From: Fibrobacteria bacterium
GTDB taxonomy: Bacteria > Fibrobacterota > Fibrobacteria > UBA11236
DNA: 51,498 bases
Assembly: GCA_041746255.1 (NCBI GenBank)
Contig: JBGTHM010000018.1
Location: forward strand, 1-51,498
Direction: 5' to 3'
Of the stretch, positions 10,200 to 19,346 are shown piece after piece (positions within the stretch are counted from its first letter, which is position 1; every line of letters begins with the position of its first letter). The notes under the pieces were generated by a model. It was given only the letters and a program-made list of their open reading frames with translations, searched no databases and was not told the DNA's origin. A program made the translations under genes and the position numbers.

Positions 10200-10988
10200 T
10201 TAGGCGCTGAGGGCGTCGGAGTAAAAAGCCGCCTGACGTTTCCGTAACAAGGCCTTAAGTAAATACCGGATTTGGGCGACCACTTCCGGATGAGCGAAAT
10301 CGGAGGGATGAAGGGCAATCCGAAGCACAGGCGAAGCGGAGCCCACCAGCGTCAGCAGGGGGGCGCTTATCAAAGAGGCATATTTCATCCAGGAATTGCT
10401 GACTGCCCAGGTAATCGTGGGGCAGAAAGTGGAACCTTGTCCCCCACCCCGCAGTTGAGAATATTTACGCAAATCATAGATATGGGTATGGCTTTCGGTA
10501 ATGTGAAAGCCCCGGCGGGCTAATAAGGGAAGCAGTTCGCGGCGGAAAAGCCAAGCGGGAGCCACGAAGCCGGTCGGTTTAAGGCCCAAACAGGCGGTAA
10601 AAACCCGTTCTGCCGCCGCCAGTCTCGTTTCCGCTGCATCCTGAGCGAGGGAATGGAATTCTCCTTCGCTTTGGCATAAGACTCGACGCGTTAGCCATTC
10701 CCAAGGGCGGGAAAGGGGGTTGATGCTCTCGGGTTCGATTTCCAGGTGATAATATCCGTGCAAAAACCAACTTAATGCGAATTCCCGGGGTCGGGAGATG
10801 AACTCCCGGAAACCGGAATGGATGTCGGATTCTCCCTGAGCGTGGAAATTAGGTACCAGCAGGTAGGTGATTTTCGTCAAACCTATTTCCTGGAACAAGG
10901 CTTCGGCCCGATCCAGCAAAGCCAAATGCCTGGGGGCTACGTCATGAAGGGTGACAAGGAGGTGTCGGTTGCCGGTATTCAACACCAC
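10200..10988 (-). CDS. DUF2334 / polysaccharide deacetylase-like protein
   Basis: TLHDVAP, LHGYYH, EGEF, GFVAPAW and RIALHP motifs. Confidence 0.8.
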   Translation of the reverse strand: MVLNTGNRHLLVTLHDVAPRHLALLDRAEALFQEIGLTKITYLLVPNFHAQGESDIHSGFREFISRPREFALSWFLHGYYHLEIEPESINPLSRPWEWLTRRVLCQSEGEFHSLAQDAAETRLAAAERVFTACLGLKPTGFVAPAWLFRRELLPLLARRGFHITESHTHIYDLRKYSQLRGGGQGSTFCPTITWAVSNSWMKYASLISAPLLTLVGSASPVLRIALHPSDFAHPEVVAQIRYLLKALLRKRQAAFYSDALSA

Positions 10989-11062
10989 TCTTATTTAGCA
11001 ATAGACGGCCCCTGTCGGGTAACCGATTGTATTTTTATGTTTCGCAGGGTATAACCCCATTT

Positions 11063-12451
11063 ATGCCGCCAACCATGACTTCCGCCCCTCCATCCCTAGC
11101 GGTTTCCGCTCCCACCTCCCGGCATTTCCGGGAGCATAGCCCCTGGACAACTCTCGGCGCCTGGAAGCTGATCTATTATTTTAAAATGGAGCTTATCCGG
11201 AACCTACCCGGACTGCTTCGGCTACGCGCCGCCTATCGAACCCGCCGCCGAACCCTGGATCCCCACCGAGCCCCGATTGTTTTATGGATAGGTGACAATC
11301 TCGACGAGGTCAACGGCATCGCGCTCTCGTCACGTTTGATGATTCGGAAGCTCCGTGAGAAAAAGCGGGATGCTTTTTTGCTTGGAGTGGCCTTCCATTC
11401 CAAACCCCCGCGAAGCGAAGGACCGGATAACGAGGTCGTCCTTTTGCAAGGCCGCTATTCACTGGCGCAAGCCGGGTATGCGACCAGCGAGTTGGCCATA
11501 CCCCGGCTTGACAAATTACTCGCGCATCTTCAAGATCGTACCGTTGACCTCATCGAATTTCAAACTCCCGGTCCCGTAGCGGTCATGGCGTTGATAGTCG
11601 CCAAAATAGCCGGCATCCCTACCCTCAGCCATTATCGCACCGATATCCTGACCTATGCCAAAGTGCTTATCCGGAACCGAGCCGGGATCTGGGCCATTCA
11701 AACCTGGACCAAATTCGCCACGCGATTCGCGGGACCGGTTATCGTACCCTCCGAGGCCTATCGGCATATCATGCAGGAAATCGGCGTCGCGCCAAACCGT
11801 ATCCACAAATTAAGCCGAGGCGTCGACCTGCAAAATTTCCATCCCGACAAAGCGGCCGCCGGAACCTGGGAAAGGCGGGGACTTCCTTTACATGGAATTC
11901 GCTTATTGTACGTGGGAAGGGTATCCCGCGAAAAAAATCTCGAATTGCTGACCCATGCCTTTCCCAAATTGCTGGGGAAATGTTCCGATCTGACCTTGAC
12001 GATTGTGGGCGATGGCCCCTATCGCGAGGAAATGGAGCGCGCCTTGGCGAAAACCCACAAGGCCTTTTTTACGGGAATGGTCGAAGGCGCCGAATTACCG
12101 GAGCTGTATGCCGCTGCGGATTTATTCGTCTTTCCCAGCCTAACCGATACTTTCGGGAACAGCGTTGCGGAAGCGCTGGCTTCGGGTCTCCCCTGCATTA
12201 CCTCCGACTCCGGTGGCCCTCAGGAAATCATTGAAGACGGAGAATCCGGTGTGATTTTCTCGCGCGGCATCTCCGGAGATTTCGAGGCCAAAATCCTGGA
12301 ATTGGTTTTGGATGTGGGTCGCTTGCAGGAATTCAAATCCAAGGCCCGCAAGCGGGCCCTACAGTTCACTTATGAGCATGCAGCGGATGATTTCTGGAAT
12401 TTCTACCTGGACATGCTTGTTAGGCACTCTAAAAATTCACAACAGGCATGA
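11063..12451 (+). CDS. GT4 glycosyltransferase (glycolipid synthase-like)
   Basis: EVNG, RGVD, YVGRVSREKN, FPSLTDTFGNSVAEALASGLP. Start set to the ATG at 11063, downstream of TTGTAT-17-TATAAC. Confidence 0.88.
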   Translation: MPPTMTSAPPSLAVSAPTSRHFREHSPWTTLGAWKLIYYFKMELIRNLPGLLRLRAAYRTRRRTLDPHRAPIVLWIGDNLDEVNGIALSSRLMIRKLREKKRDAFLLGVAFHSKPPRSEGPDNEVVLLQGRYSLAQAGYATSELAIPRLDKLLAHLQDRTVDLIEFQTPGPVAVMALIVAKIAGIPTLSHYRTDILTYAKVLIRNRAGIWAIQTWTKFATRFAGPVIVPSEAYRHIMQEIGVAPNRIHKLSRGVDLQNFHPDKAAAGTWERRGLPLHGIRLLYVGRVSREKNLELLTHAFPKLLGKCSDLTLTIVGDGPYREEMERALAKTHKAFFTGMVEGAELPELYAAADLFVFPSLTDTFGNSVAEALASGLPCITSDSGGPQEIIEDGESGVIFSRGISGDFEAKILELVLDVGRLQEFKSKARKRALQFTYEHAADDFWNFYLDMLVRHSKNSQQA

Positions 12452-13745
12452 AATAAAAGAAATATCCTGGAGCATTATCGGCTCCAACAGTAGTATTTGC
12501 CGCCGGTAAAAAATGGGCGGATTTACCGGGAATAAACAAACCCGCCCCAAAAATGAAATTGGTCTTGGGAATCGCAGTGACATGGATTTCCAAATCGATT
12601 TCCTGCCCATAGGGCTCATCGTCTTGCGAGGGCGCCGAGGCGGGCATGAAGAAATGGTATTGCGGCTTGAGGGAAACCCGGGGTGCTCCGGCTGCATTGG
12701 GAAGGAATCCCAAATCGGCATCGATACGGTAGTCGATGACGCCATATCTCGGATTGACCAGGAAGTAATCCATCCATCCGAAATAGGCATGCCCGAAGAA
12801 ATAATTGGCCCGATAGGTGTTCATATCGCTGTCGGTGGCGTCATCGTCGCCGCTGAGCATATCCAGACCGGCATTGAACTTATGCATACCGACCACGCCT
12901 CCCAGTCTTAAGGCCAATTGGAAGGCGGCGCTTGCAAGGGACTCCGTGGTATAGAGCTCTCCGCCTTGCCAGATGAATTCCTCTTCGAAGGTTACCGGAC
13001 CGAAGCGACCCGCCACCCGCTGGCCCACATAGACAAGGTCCGAATTGATGGCATTAACGCCCGCGACATTACTTCCGATTTGGGACTTGTCGTAAAATCC
13101 GAATAGATCTGCAGTCAGGCTCGGGGCGATTTTATGGGTATAGTACAAGCCGGATAGGATGTTGGTACCCCTGGTTAGCTGGGGATTTTCATCGCGAACC
13201 ATGAAACCCAATCCCGTCAAATCACCCGCACCCATGGCGTAATTAAAAGAGAGGCCGTCGAAAGCCCGGGAGTAGGGATGCCATTCCAAAGTGCTGAGGA
13301 AACGGCCCGCGCCCAACGACATTTTCTGTCGGCCCAAAGCCATTTGCAAATCCATGAATTGCAAGGTGGCATAACCCTGGAGCAAATCCAGGCCCTTCAT
13401 GTTACCTACCGTAGAAGTGGCGGGATTTTGGGGAGTACCCGGCTCGCTTCCAAAAAATCGCGTGTCCTGCATTTCGAATTTCACCCCAATCGGAGCGGGG
13501 CTAGCCGTAAATCCAAGCCGGGAACGCAAATGCGTATGCATCAGCGCTTCGTTGGCGGAGTTATCCACTACTCTCTTCTTGTCGATTTCGGAGCGGGTTC
13601 TGATTTGGCCATAAGGGGAAGTCGAGGCGCCGGCGCCAAAAGGAGATTCCGCGGGAGCGGCATGCAGCGGGCTGAAAATAGCCGCGACCAGCAAACAGCA
13701 GGGAAAAATAGGGGCGGCCATTCCGGGAGAAGTATTCTTTTGCAT
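12429..13745 (-). CDS. alginate-export-family outer-membrane barrel (putative nitrate-uptake porin)
   Basis: Signal peptide; RSRLG, QD.R, LLQGY, GRQ..G.GR, RAFDG pattern; terminal F; last gene of the nrt operon. Confidence 0.75.
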   Translation of the reverse strand: MQKNTSPGMAAPIFPCCLLVAAIFSPLHAAPAESPFGAGASTSPYGQIRTRSEIDKKRVVDNSANEALMHTHLRSRLGFTASPAPIGVKFEMQDTRFFGSEPGTPQNPATSTVGNMKGLDLLQGYATLQFMDLQMALGRQKMSLGAGRFLSTLEWHPYSRAFDGLSFNYAMGAGDLTGLGFMVRDENPQLTRGTNILSGLYYTHKIAPSLTADLFGFYDKSQIGSNVAGVNAINSDLVYVGQRVAGRFGPVTFEEEFIWQGGELYTTESLASAAFQLALRLGGVVGMHKFNAGLDMLSGDDDATDSDMNTYRANYFFGHAYFGWMDYFLVNPRYGVIDYRIDADLGFLPNAAGAPRVSLKPQYHFFMPASAPSQDDEPYGQEIDLEIHVTAIPKTNFIFGAGLFIPGKSAHFLPAANTTVGADNAPGYFFYFMPVVNF

Positions 13746-13806
13746 AAAATCCCTTTTAGGTAGGAAGAAGTGTAAAGGTGGTTTTTCGCATCGAAGTAAA
13801 CAAGGG

Positions 13807-14772
13807 TCAATGGTTTATTCCGGGAAGAATTTCGCGATGAAAACTCTCCAGGCAAATTGACCGCAGGTCGAGCCGCTTGGCGGCATATTCATCCACATGT
13901 CCGCATTTACGCATTTGTTCCAGATACCACGCGGCATGCCATTCGGATGCCAGATTGACACCGCCTTGAAAAAACCGGACGGCGGAATCGGCGAGATTCG
14001 TCTTGGCGGTGTTAACGTATTTTTTCGAGGCCAGAATTTCCATCGCCTCCATGCGGTTGACGGGTTCGTCGAGCCAGGCGGATGCCGAAGACAAAGCCTG
14101 GATAAGCCGACCATGTTCACGGGCGTGGGATGCATGCCATGCGGTGGAAACTCCCAGAACCTTTTCGGGCATGCCATTCCAAGCCGCTCCGCTCACGGCC
14201 ACGACCCTGCCCAACTTCGAGGCCGCGGCTCTGCGGCTCCAAGGATCTCCGACGCAAAAACCGTCGACCTCCCGCTTGCGAAGCCTTCCAACCATCTCCT
14301 GTGGTGGAATGATCTTCAAGGCGATACGTCCGCCCACTTCCATCCCACCGGTTGCCAGCCAAGACCTCAGGAAATACTCATGCGTACTGCGTGGGTGAAC
14401 CACACCGAAACGCAAGGATGCCTTGGCATTCGCCAGCATCCAGGCTCCGAGAACGGATGCGGATTCCGCGCCTTCTTTCCAAAGCGCATTCGACACGACA
14501 ATACCGTTACCATGCCGGCTCAATGCGAAGGCATAGCAAATCGGGGGAGCCTGTGATCCCGCTTCCAACGCGCATTGCAGTGGCATGGTGATTAATAAAT
14601 GCGCGGCGTCAATTTCGCCCGCGATCAACTTTTCCCGAATTTGACCCCATGATTGAAACTTGCGTAATTCGACATCCAGCCCCTTCTCGGCGAAGTATCC
14701 TTTTTCCCAGGCAATAACCAGGGAGGCGCAATCCACCAGGGGAACGAAACCGATTTTGATTTTCGTTTTCAT
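13807..14772 (-). CDS. CmpA/NrtA-family protein without signal peptide (NasS-like nitrate sensor)
   Basis: GFVPLVDCA, DAAHLL, STH.YFLRSWLA, PPQEMV and FCVGDPW motifs; the sequence starts directly at the binding domain. Confidence 0.75.
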   Translation of the reverse strand: MKTKIKIGFVPLVDCASLVIAWEKGYFAEKGLDVELRKFQSWGQIREKLIAGEIDAAHLLITMPLQCALEAGSQAPPICYAFALSRHGNGIVVSNALWKEGAESASVLGAWMLANAKASLRFGVVHPRSTHEYFLRSWLATGGMEVGGRIALKIIPPQEMVGRLRKREVDGFCVGDPWSRRAAASKLGRVVAVSGAAWNGMPEKVLGVSTAWHASHAREHGRLIQALSSASAWLDEPVNRMEAMEILASKKYVNTAKTNLADSAVRFFQGGVNLASEWHAAWYLEQMRKCGHVDEYAAKRLDLRSICLESFHREILPGINH

Positions 14773-14778
14773 GTCGAT

Positions 14779-15609
14779 TCAGGTCTGGAATTCCGGTTGT
14801 AATTTCGGAAGCGATCCACGTTTTCCGCCCCGGGCATGATCCTCCAAAAATCCGATTAGGGAACCCCGTAAGTCATAGTAAAGCGGGTGTTCGGTAACTT
14901 CGGCGCGCAGCCGCGGCCGTGGAAAGGGTATATCCAGAATGCGACCGACATGCGCGTGCGGGCCGTTCGTCATCATGACGACCCGGTCGGAGAGGAAGAG
15001 CGCTTCGTCCACGTCATGGGTCACCATCAGGGCGGTGATACGATGTGAAGCCCAAATCTCCATCAGTACTTGCTGAAGTTCGCCACGGGTTAAGGAGTCC
15101 AGCATGCCGAAGGGTTCGTCGAGCAGGAGGAGCCGGGGCTTGAGAGCGAAGGCCCGCGCGATGCCCACCCTTTGGCTCATGCCCTGGGAAAGTGATGCCG
15201 CTCTTTGGTGCAACGCCCCGGACAAGCCGACCTTATCGAGATAGTATTTGCAAATGTCCATTTTTTCGGAGGCGCTTCCGTGAGGAAAAACCTGCTTGAC
15301 TCCCAACATGACGTTTTCCAAGGCGGTCATCCAGGGGAAAAGGCTGGGCGATTGGAAAACCACGGCGCGATCGGGCGCGGGTCCGTCAACTTCATGCCCC
15401 CTGAGCACCACGCTTCCCGAGCTCAGATCGGTCAAACCGGCCGCAATGGAAAGTACGGTCGATTTTCCGCAACCCGAATGCCCGATTAGCGATACGAATT
15501 CTCCCTGCGAAATGGTCAGTTCGAAATCGTCAACGACTACCACGCTACCGCCCGGTGAGGGATAGGATTTGCACATGTTTACGAATTCCAAATATCGGTT
15601 GCCAATCAC
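14779..15609 (-). CDS. nrtD: nitrate ABC transporter ATP-binding subunit
   Basis: Walker A GHSGCGKST, LSQGM signature, LLLDEPF. Confidence 0.88.
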   Translation of the reverse strand: MIGNRYLEFVNMCKSYPSPGGSVVVVDDFELTISQGEFVSLIGHSGCGKSTVLSIAAGLTDLSSGSVVLRGHEVDGPAPDRAVVFQSPSLFPWMTALENVMLGVKQVFPHGSASEKMDICKYYLDKVGLSGALHQRAASLSQGMSQRVGIARAFALKPRLLLLDEPFGMLDSLTRGELQQVLMEIWASHRITALMVTHDVDEALFLSDRVVMMTNGPHAHVGRILDIPFPRPRLRAEVTEHPLYYDLRGSLIGFLEDHARGGKRGSLPKLQPEFQT

Positions 15610-15634
15610 ATTAACCCCCCGGACCTAATCCGCT

Positions 15635-16471
15635 TTACCATTCCACCGGTTGGATTTCGGGTAAAGTCATTTTCTCGATTTCTTCCCGCACGCTCTTACG
15701 CGATCCCGCATCCACGAGATAATGGAGCACTTGATTACGGATTTTCTGGAAAACCTCATTCCGGTTCAAGGCCGTACGATCACGAGGGCGCTCCAATTTA
15801 ACCTCGAAATCAGGTCCCAGGGTGGCTCCCGGTCCCGGGTTGAGAGGAAGGATGCGATCAGCCAGCAAAATGCTTTCATCGACATCGTTGGTGATGAGCA
15901 CGGCTGTTTTACGATCGCGGCTCCAGATATTCTCGATTTCGCTTTGCAAAGTGCCGCGTGTTAGCGCGTCCAATGCCCCCAAGGGTTCGTCCATAAGCAG
16001 CATATCGGGATTCATGGCCAAGGTTCTGGCTACGGCCACCCGTTGCCGCATGCCTCCGGACAGCTCCGCCGGTCGTTTGTACAAGGCCGGAGTCAAATGC
16101 ACCATTTCGATATGGCGCGCGATATGGTCTTCGCGGGCCTTGCGGCTCCAATGCGGAAACACCTGGTCAACCGCCAAGGCGACATTGCCGTGCACCGTGA
16201 GCCAGGGTAATAGCGAATAATTCTGGAAGATGACTCCTCGTTCCGGCCCCGGACCTTTAACGGGCTTTCCCTTGAACAATATCTCCCCTTCATCCGGCTG
16301 GATAAGACCGGCCATCAGGTTGATAAGGGTGGTCTTTCCGCTACCGGAAAATCCGACAACCGCCAAAAATTCACCTTCATCGACGGATAGGTTGATGTTT
16401 TTCAACACTTCCGTGCGCAGGGATCCTTCTCCGAATCCTTTGGAAACCTTTTTGAGTTGCAGATAAGACAT
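15635..16471 (-). CDS. nrtC: nitrate ABC transporter ATP-binding subunit
   Basis: Walker [22 protein letters not shown]; the H-loop reads TNDVDE. Confidence 0.88.
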   Translation of the reverse strand: MSYLQLKKVSKGFGEGSLRTEVLKNINLSVDEGEFLAVVGFSGSGKTTLINLMAGLIQPDEGEILFKGKPVKGPGPERGVIFQNYSLLPWLTVHGNVALAVDQVFPHWSRKAREDHIARHIEMVHLTPALYKRPAELSGGMRQRVAVARTLAMNPDMLLMDEPLGALDALTRGTLQSEIENIWSRDRKTAVLITNDVDESILLADRILPLNPGPGATLGPDFEVKLERPRDRTALNRNEVFQKIRNQVLHYLVDAGSRKSVREEIEKMTLPEIQPVEW

Positions 16472-16487
16472 GCGTCATTCTCCTCGG

Positions 16488-17621
16488 TTAAGCTCCGGCC
16501 GGTTCAGGTTGGAAGCTGACCATTTTTTGAAAAATCACCATGATGCGGTCCAGTCCGAAGCCGATAATCCCGATGGTCAGCACGGCCAGCATGATACGCG
16601 CCAGGGAATGGCTGCTGCCGTTTTGGAATTCGTCCCAAACGAATTTACCCAAGCCCGGGTTTTGCGCCAGCATTTCCGCGGCGATAAGCACCATCCACCC
16701 TACTCCCAGCGAGATACGCAACCCGGCGAAAATAAGCGGCAGGGAAGCGGGGATGATGATTTTGAATACCCGCGTATACCACGGCAGCCTGAGAACGCGC
16801 GCCACGTTCAAAAAGTCCTTATCCACCGAAGCCACTCCCAAAGCGGTATTGATGAGGCTGGGCCATAAAGAGCAAAGCGATACCGTTATCGCGGAAATAA
16901 TAAAGGATTTCGCGAACATCCCGTCGTTGGTGACATAAACGGCGCTTACGATGAGGGTGACGATGGGCAGCCAGGCCAGCGGCGACACCGGCTTCAGGAT
17001 TTGAATGAGAGGATTAAGGGCGTTCATCATGAAACGGTTCATACCGCATAATAGCCCAATGGGAATGGCCGCCAGCGAGGCGATTAGAAAGCCCATGAAA
17101 ACCGTTTTCAAACTAGTGGCAATCTGGTCCAAATAGGTCGGCTTACCGGTGTAACCTCTAATCCTGACCTCCGTCTCGGGATTTTCCGCCAAGAGCCGGG
17201 CATTGCGCTCATTCTGCCTTTGATAGAAAGCGCGCTCCTTCCCGCGTTCCACCCCATGCTCTTCAACCATGCTGACGGCCTGTTCCCAGACTTTTACGGG
17301 TCCGGGCAATTGGCCCAAGCTGGTGTCCACTTTTTTGGCCAAAACCGACCAGCCCATCAAGAACAACAAGATGGCGCCCATTGGAACCGCCACCAGAATT
17401 CCCAGTTCCTGGAATTGCCTGCGGGGATTTTCACCGCTAACCAACCTTACCAGGGGTATTCCCCAAGTCAAACCCGCCAGGGAAAGCATGCGGATAATCC
17501 GGGCTTTGGTCACCATTTTGCTTGGAAGTTTCCGCACGCTATCGGGTTTCGTCTTTTTATCATTTTCCACTTCTACCGGAAGCTCGGTTCCGACACGTTG
17601 GGTTTCAATGCTGGTTGCCAA
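16488..17621 (-). CDS. nrtB: nitrate ABC transporter permease
   Basis: [11 protein letters not shown] and [19 protein letters not shown]. Confidence 0.92.
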   Translation of the reverse strand: MATSIETQRVGTELPVEVENDKKTKPDSVRKLPSKMVTKARIIRMLSLAGLTWGIPLVRLVSGENPRRQFQELGILVAVPMGAILLFLMGWSVLAKKVDTSLGQLPGPVKVWEQAVSMVEEHGVERGKERAFYQRQNERNARLLAENPETEVRIRGYTGKPTYLDQIATSLKTVFMGFLIASLAAIPIGLLCGMNRFMMNALNPLIQILKPVSPLAWLPIVTLIVSAVYVTNDGMFAKSFIISAITVSLCSLWPSLINTALGVASVDKDFLNVARVLRLPWYTRVFKIIIPASLPLIFAGLRISLGVGWMVLIAAEMLAQNPGLGKFVWDEFQNGSSHSLARIMLAVLTIGIIGFGLDRIMVIFQKMVSFQPEPAGA

Positions 17622-18948
17622 TTGCAGCCCCCTTCAGATATTCCAATGGTTTTTTTCCGTCATAAAGTTTTCCATCAATGAATTCGTCGGTCGGAGGACG
17701 ATACCCGTCCGTGGCGGGAATGTCGGTTTCCGATAGTTTCTTCTCGGCCACCAGGAGTTTCGCGGCCTTAAGCCAGATTTCCGGTAGGTACACCTGCTTT
17801 GCGGTTTCATGATACCAGGACGCCGGCTTGGGATCGGTGACTTGACCCCAACGACGCATCTGGGTGAGGTACCATATCGCGTCGCTATAGAAAGGATAGG
17901 TGGCGTGATACCGGAAAAAGACATTGAAGTCAGGCATCGGGCGTTTGTCGCCTTTCTCGTACTCGAAAGTGCCCGTCATGCTGTTGGCGATGACTTGATA
18001 ATCCGCTCCTACATATTCCGATTTGGACAGGATACGCGCCGCTTCCTTGCGGTTCTTATTATTGCCTTCGTCCAACCATTTCCCGGCTCGGATAAGCGCC
18101 TTGACCACGGCGATATGGGTGTTGGGATGTTTATCCGCCCAGGCCTTGGTCACTCCGAAAACCTTTTCCGGATTGTTCTTCCAAATTTCATAATCGGTTA
18201 TCACCGGTACGCCTATGCCCATGAATACCGCTTGCTGATTCCAGGGCTCCCCGACGCAATAGCCATGGATGGTACCCGCCTGCAAAGTCGCGGGCATTTG
18301 GGGAGGAGGCGTTACCGAAATGAGAACATCGGCATTGGTCGTCCCGGTTATGTCGGTTTTGGTGTATAACCCCGGATGAATTCCGCCGGCGGCCAGCCAA
18401 TAGCGCATTTCATAGTTGTGGGTGGAAACCGGGAATACCACACCCATGGGAAATTTTTTTCCCTCGGCCTTGAATTTTTGCACGACGGGCTTGAGGGCAT
18501 CCGCTTTGATGGGGTGGACGGGTTTTCCATCCTTAATGGGTATGTTCGGCTTCATGCCTTTCCATACTTCATTGGAAACCGTAATCGCGTTTCCGTTCAG
18601 GTCCATACTGAAGGCGGTGACGATGTGCGCCTTGGTACCAAACCCTATGGTGGCTGCCAGGGGCTGTCCCGCGAGCATATGGGCTCCATCCAATTCGCCG
18701 GTGATTACGCGATCGAGCAGCACTTTCCAATTGGCTTGGGCCTCCAGGGATACATACAACCCTTCATCCTCGAAGAACCCCATTTCCTTGGCGATTACGA
18801 TGGGAACGCAATCCGTAAGCTTGATGAAACCGAAGTTCAGTTCATCCTTTTCCAGTTTGGCCGCGAAGGACTGCGGGGATTGCAGCGTTCCGAGGATAAT
18901 GAGCGGTAAAAAAATTGAAAACGATTCGCGTAACTTATTCATCAGCAT
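17605..18948 (-). CDS. nrtA: nitrate ABC transporter substrate-binding protein (CmpA/NrtA)
   Basis: Signal peptide; [37 protein letters not shown]; start at 18948 or 18942. Confidence 0.92.
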   Translation of the reverse strand: MLMNKLRESFSIFLPLIILGTLQSPQSFAAKLEKDELNFGFIKLTDCVPIVIAKEMGFFEDEGLYVSLEAQANWKVLLDRVITGELDGAHMLAGQPLAATIGFGTKAHIVTAFSMDLNGNAITVSNEVWKGMKPNIPIKDGKPVHPIKADALKPVVQKFKAEGKKFPMGVVFPVSTHNYEMRYWLAAGGIHPGLYTKTDITGTTNADVLISVTPPPQMPATLQAGTIHGYCVGEPWNQQAVFMGIGVPVITDYEIWKNNPEKVFGVTKAWADKHPNTHIAVVKALIRAGKWLDEGNNKNRKEAARILSKSEYVGADYQVIANSMTGTFEYEKGDKRPMPDFNVFFRYHATYPFYSDAIWYLTQMRRWGQVTDPKPASWYHETAKQVYLPEIWLKAAKLLVAEKKLSETDIPATDGYRPPTDEFIDGKLYDGKKPLEYLKGAAIGNQH

Positions 18949-18992
18949 CCGTCCTTTCCCCTGTGGCAGGGAAATACCTTTGGTCTTAAAAG

Positions 18993-19022
18993 CAAAAGGC
19001 CGGCCGGACCGGGTATCGGTTG
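18993..19022 (-). promoter_or_regulatory. conserved leader element, copy 1 (nrtA 5' UTR)
   Basis: Minus strand CAACCGATACCCGGTCCGGCCGGCCTTTTG; matches 19282-19310 with 2 mismatches and 1 gap. Confidence 0.7.
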
Positions 19023-19070
19023 CAAGGAGCAAAAAAATGTATTCGGACTCCTTATCGCTACCCAAGGCAT

Positions 19071-19086
19071 TGCAAAGGCTGTGCCA
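19071..19086 (-). promoter_or_regulatory. sigma54 (-24/-12) promoter of the nrt operon
   Basis: Minus strand TGGCAC-AGCCT-TTGCA, an exact match to the RpoN consensus. Confidence 0.88.
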
Positions 19087-19160
19087 CCTCACCAAGCTCT
19101 AAAAACAAAGAGGTTTCCATTTTCGGCAAGGCGATTGTCCGAATTTGTTCTCATATATTG

Positions 19161-19179
19161 ACAACTCGCGAACAGTTGT
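19161..19179. promoter_or_regulatory. candidate enhancer (UAS) palindrome between the sigma54 promoters
   Basis: ACAACT-N7-AGTTGT, almost exactly midway between the two -24 boxes. Confidence 0.4.
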
Positions 19180-19244
19180 ACCACACCGACTGACATTTAC
19201 CGACAACATGGGGTCAGCCTATCCAATCCAAGCCCAAACCGGTA

Positions 19245-19260
19245 TGGTATGGGCTTTGCT
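19245..19260 (+). promoter_or_regulatory. sigma54 (-24/-12) promoter of the nirA operon
   Basis: TGGTAT-GGGCT-TTGCT with correct GG-N10-GC spacing. Confidence 0.8.
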
Positions 19261-19281
19261 CATTCATTTGAAAGTCACCGC

Positions 19282-19310
19282 CAACCGATACCGGTCCGTC
19301 CGGGCTTTTG
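19282..19310 (+). promoter_or_regulatory. conserved leader element, copy 2 (nirA 5' UTR)
   Basis: CAACCGATACCGGTCCGTCCGGGCTTTTG; near-identical to the nrtA leader copy. Confidence 0.7.
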
Positions 19311-19346
19311 GCCATACGCTACTCCCTGAAAAATGGAGAAGAGGTT

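Noticed and set aside
18949..19095. N-terminal extension of nrtA in the ORF track (likewise extensions at 964, 3745, 5936, 7944 and 47385)
   Set aside because: The extensions overlap promoters or neighbouring genes; downstream starts have better SD or signal-peptide support.
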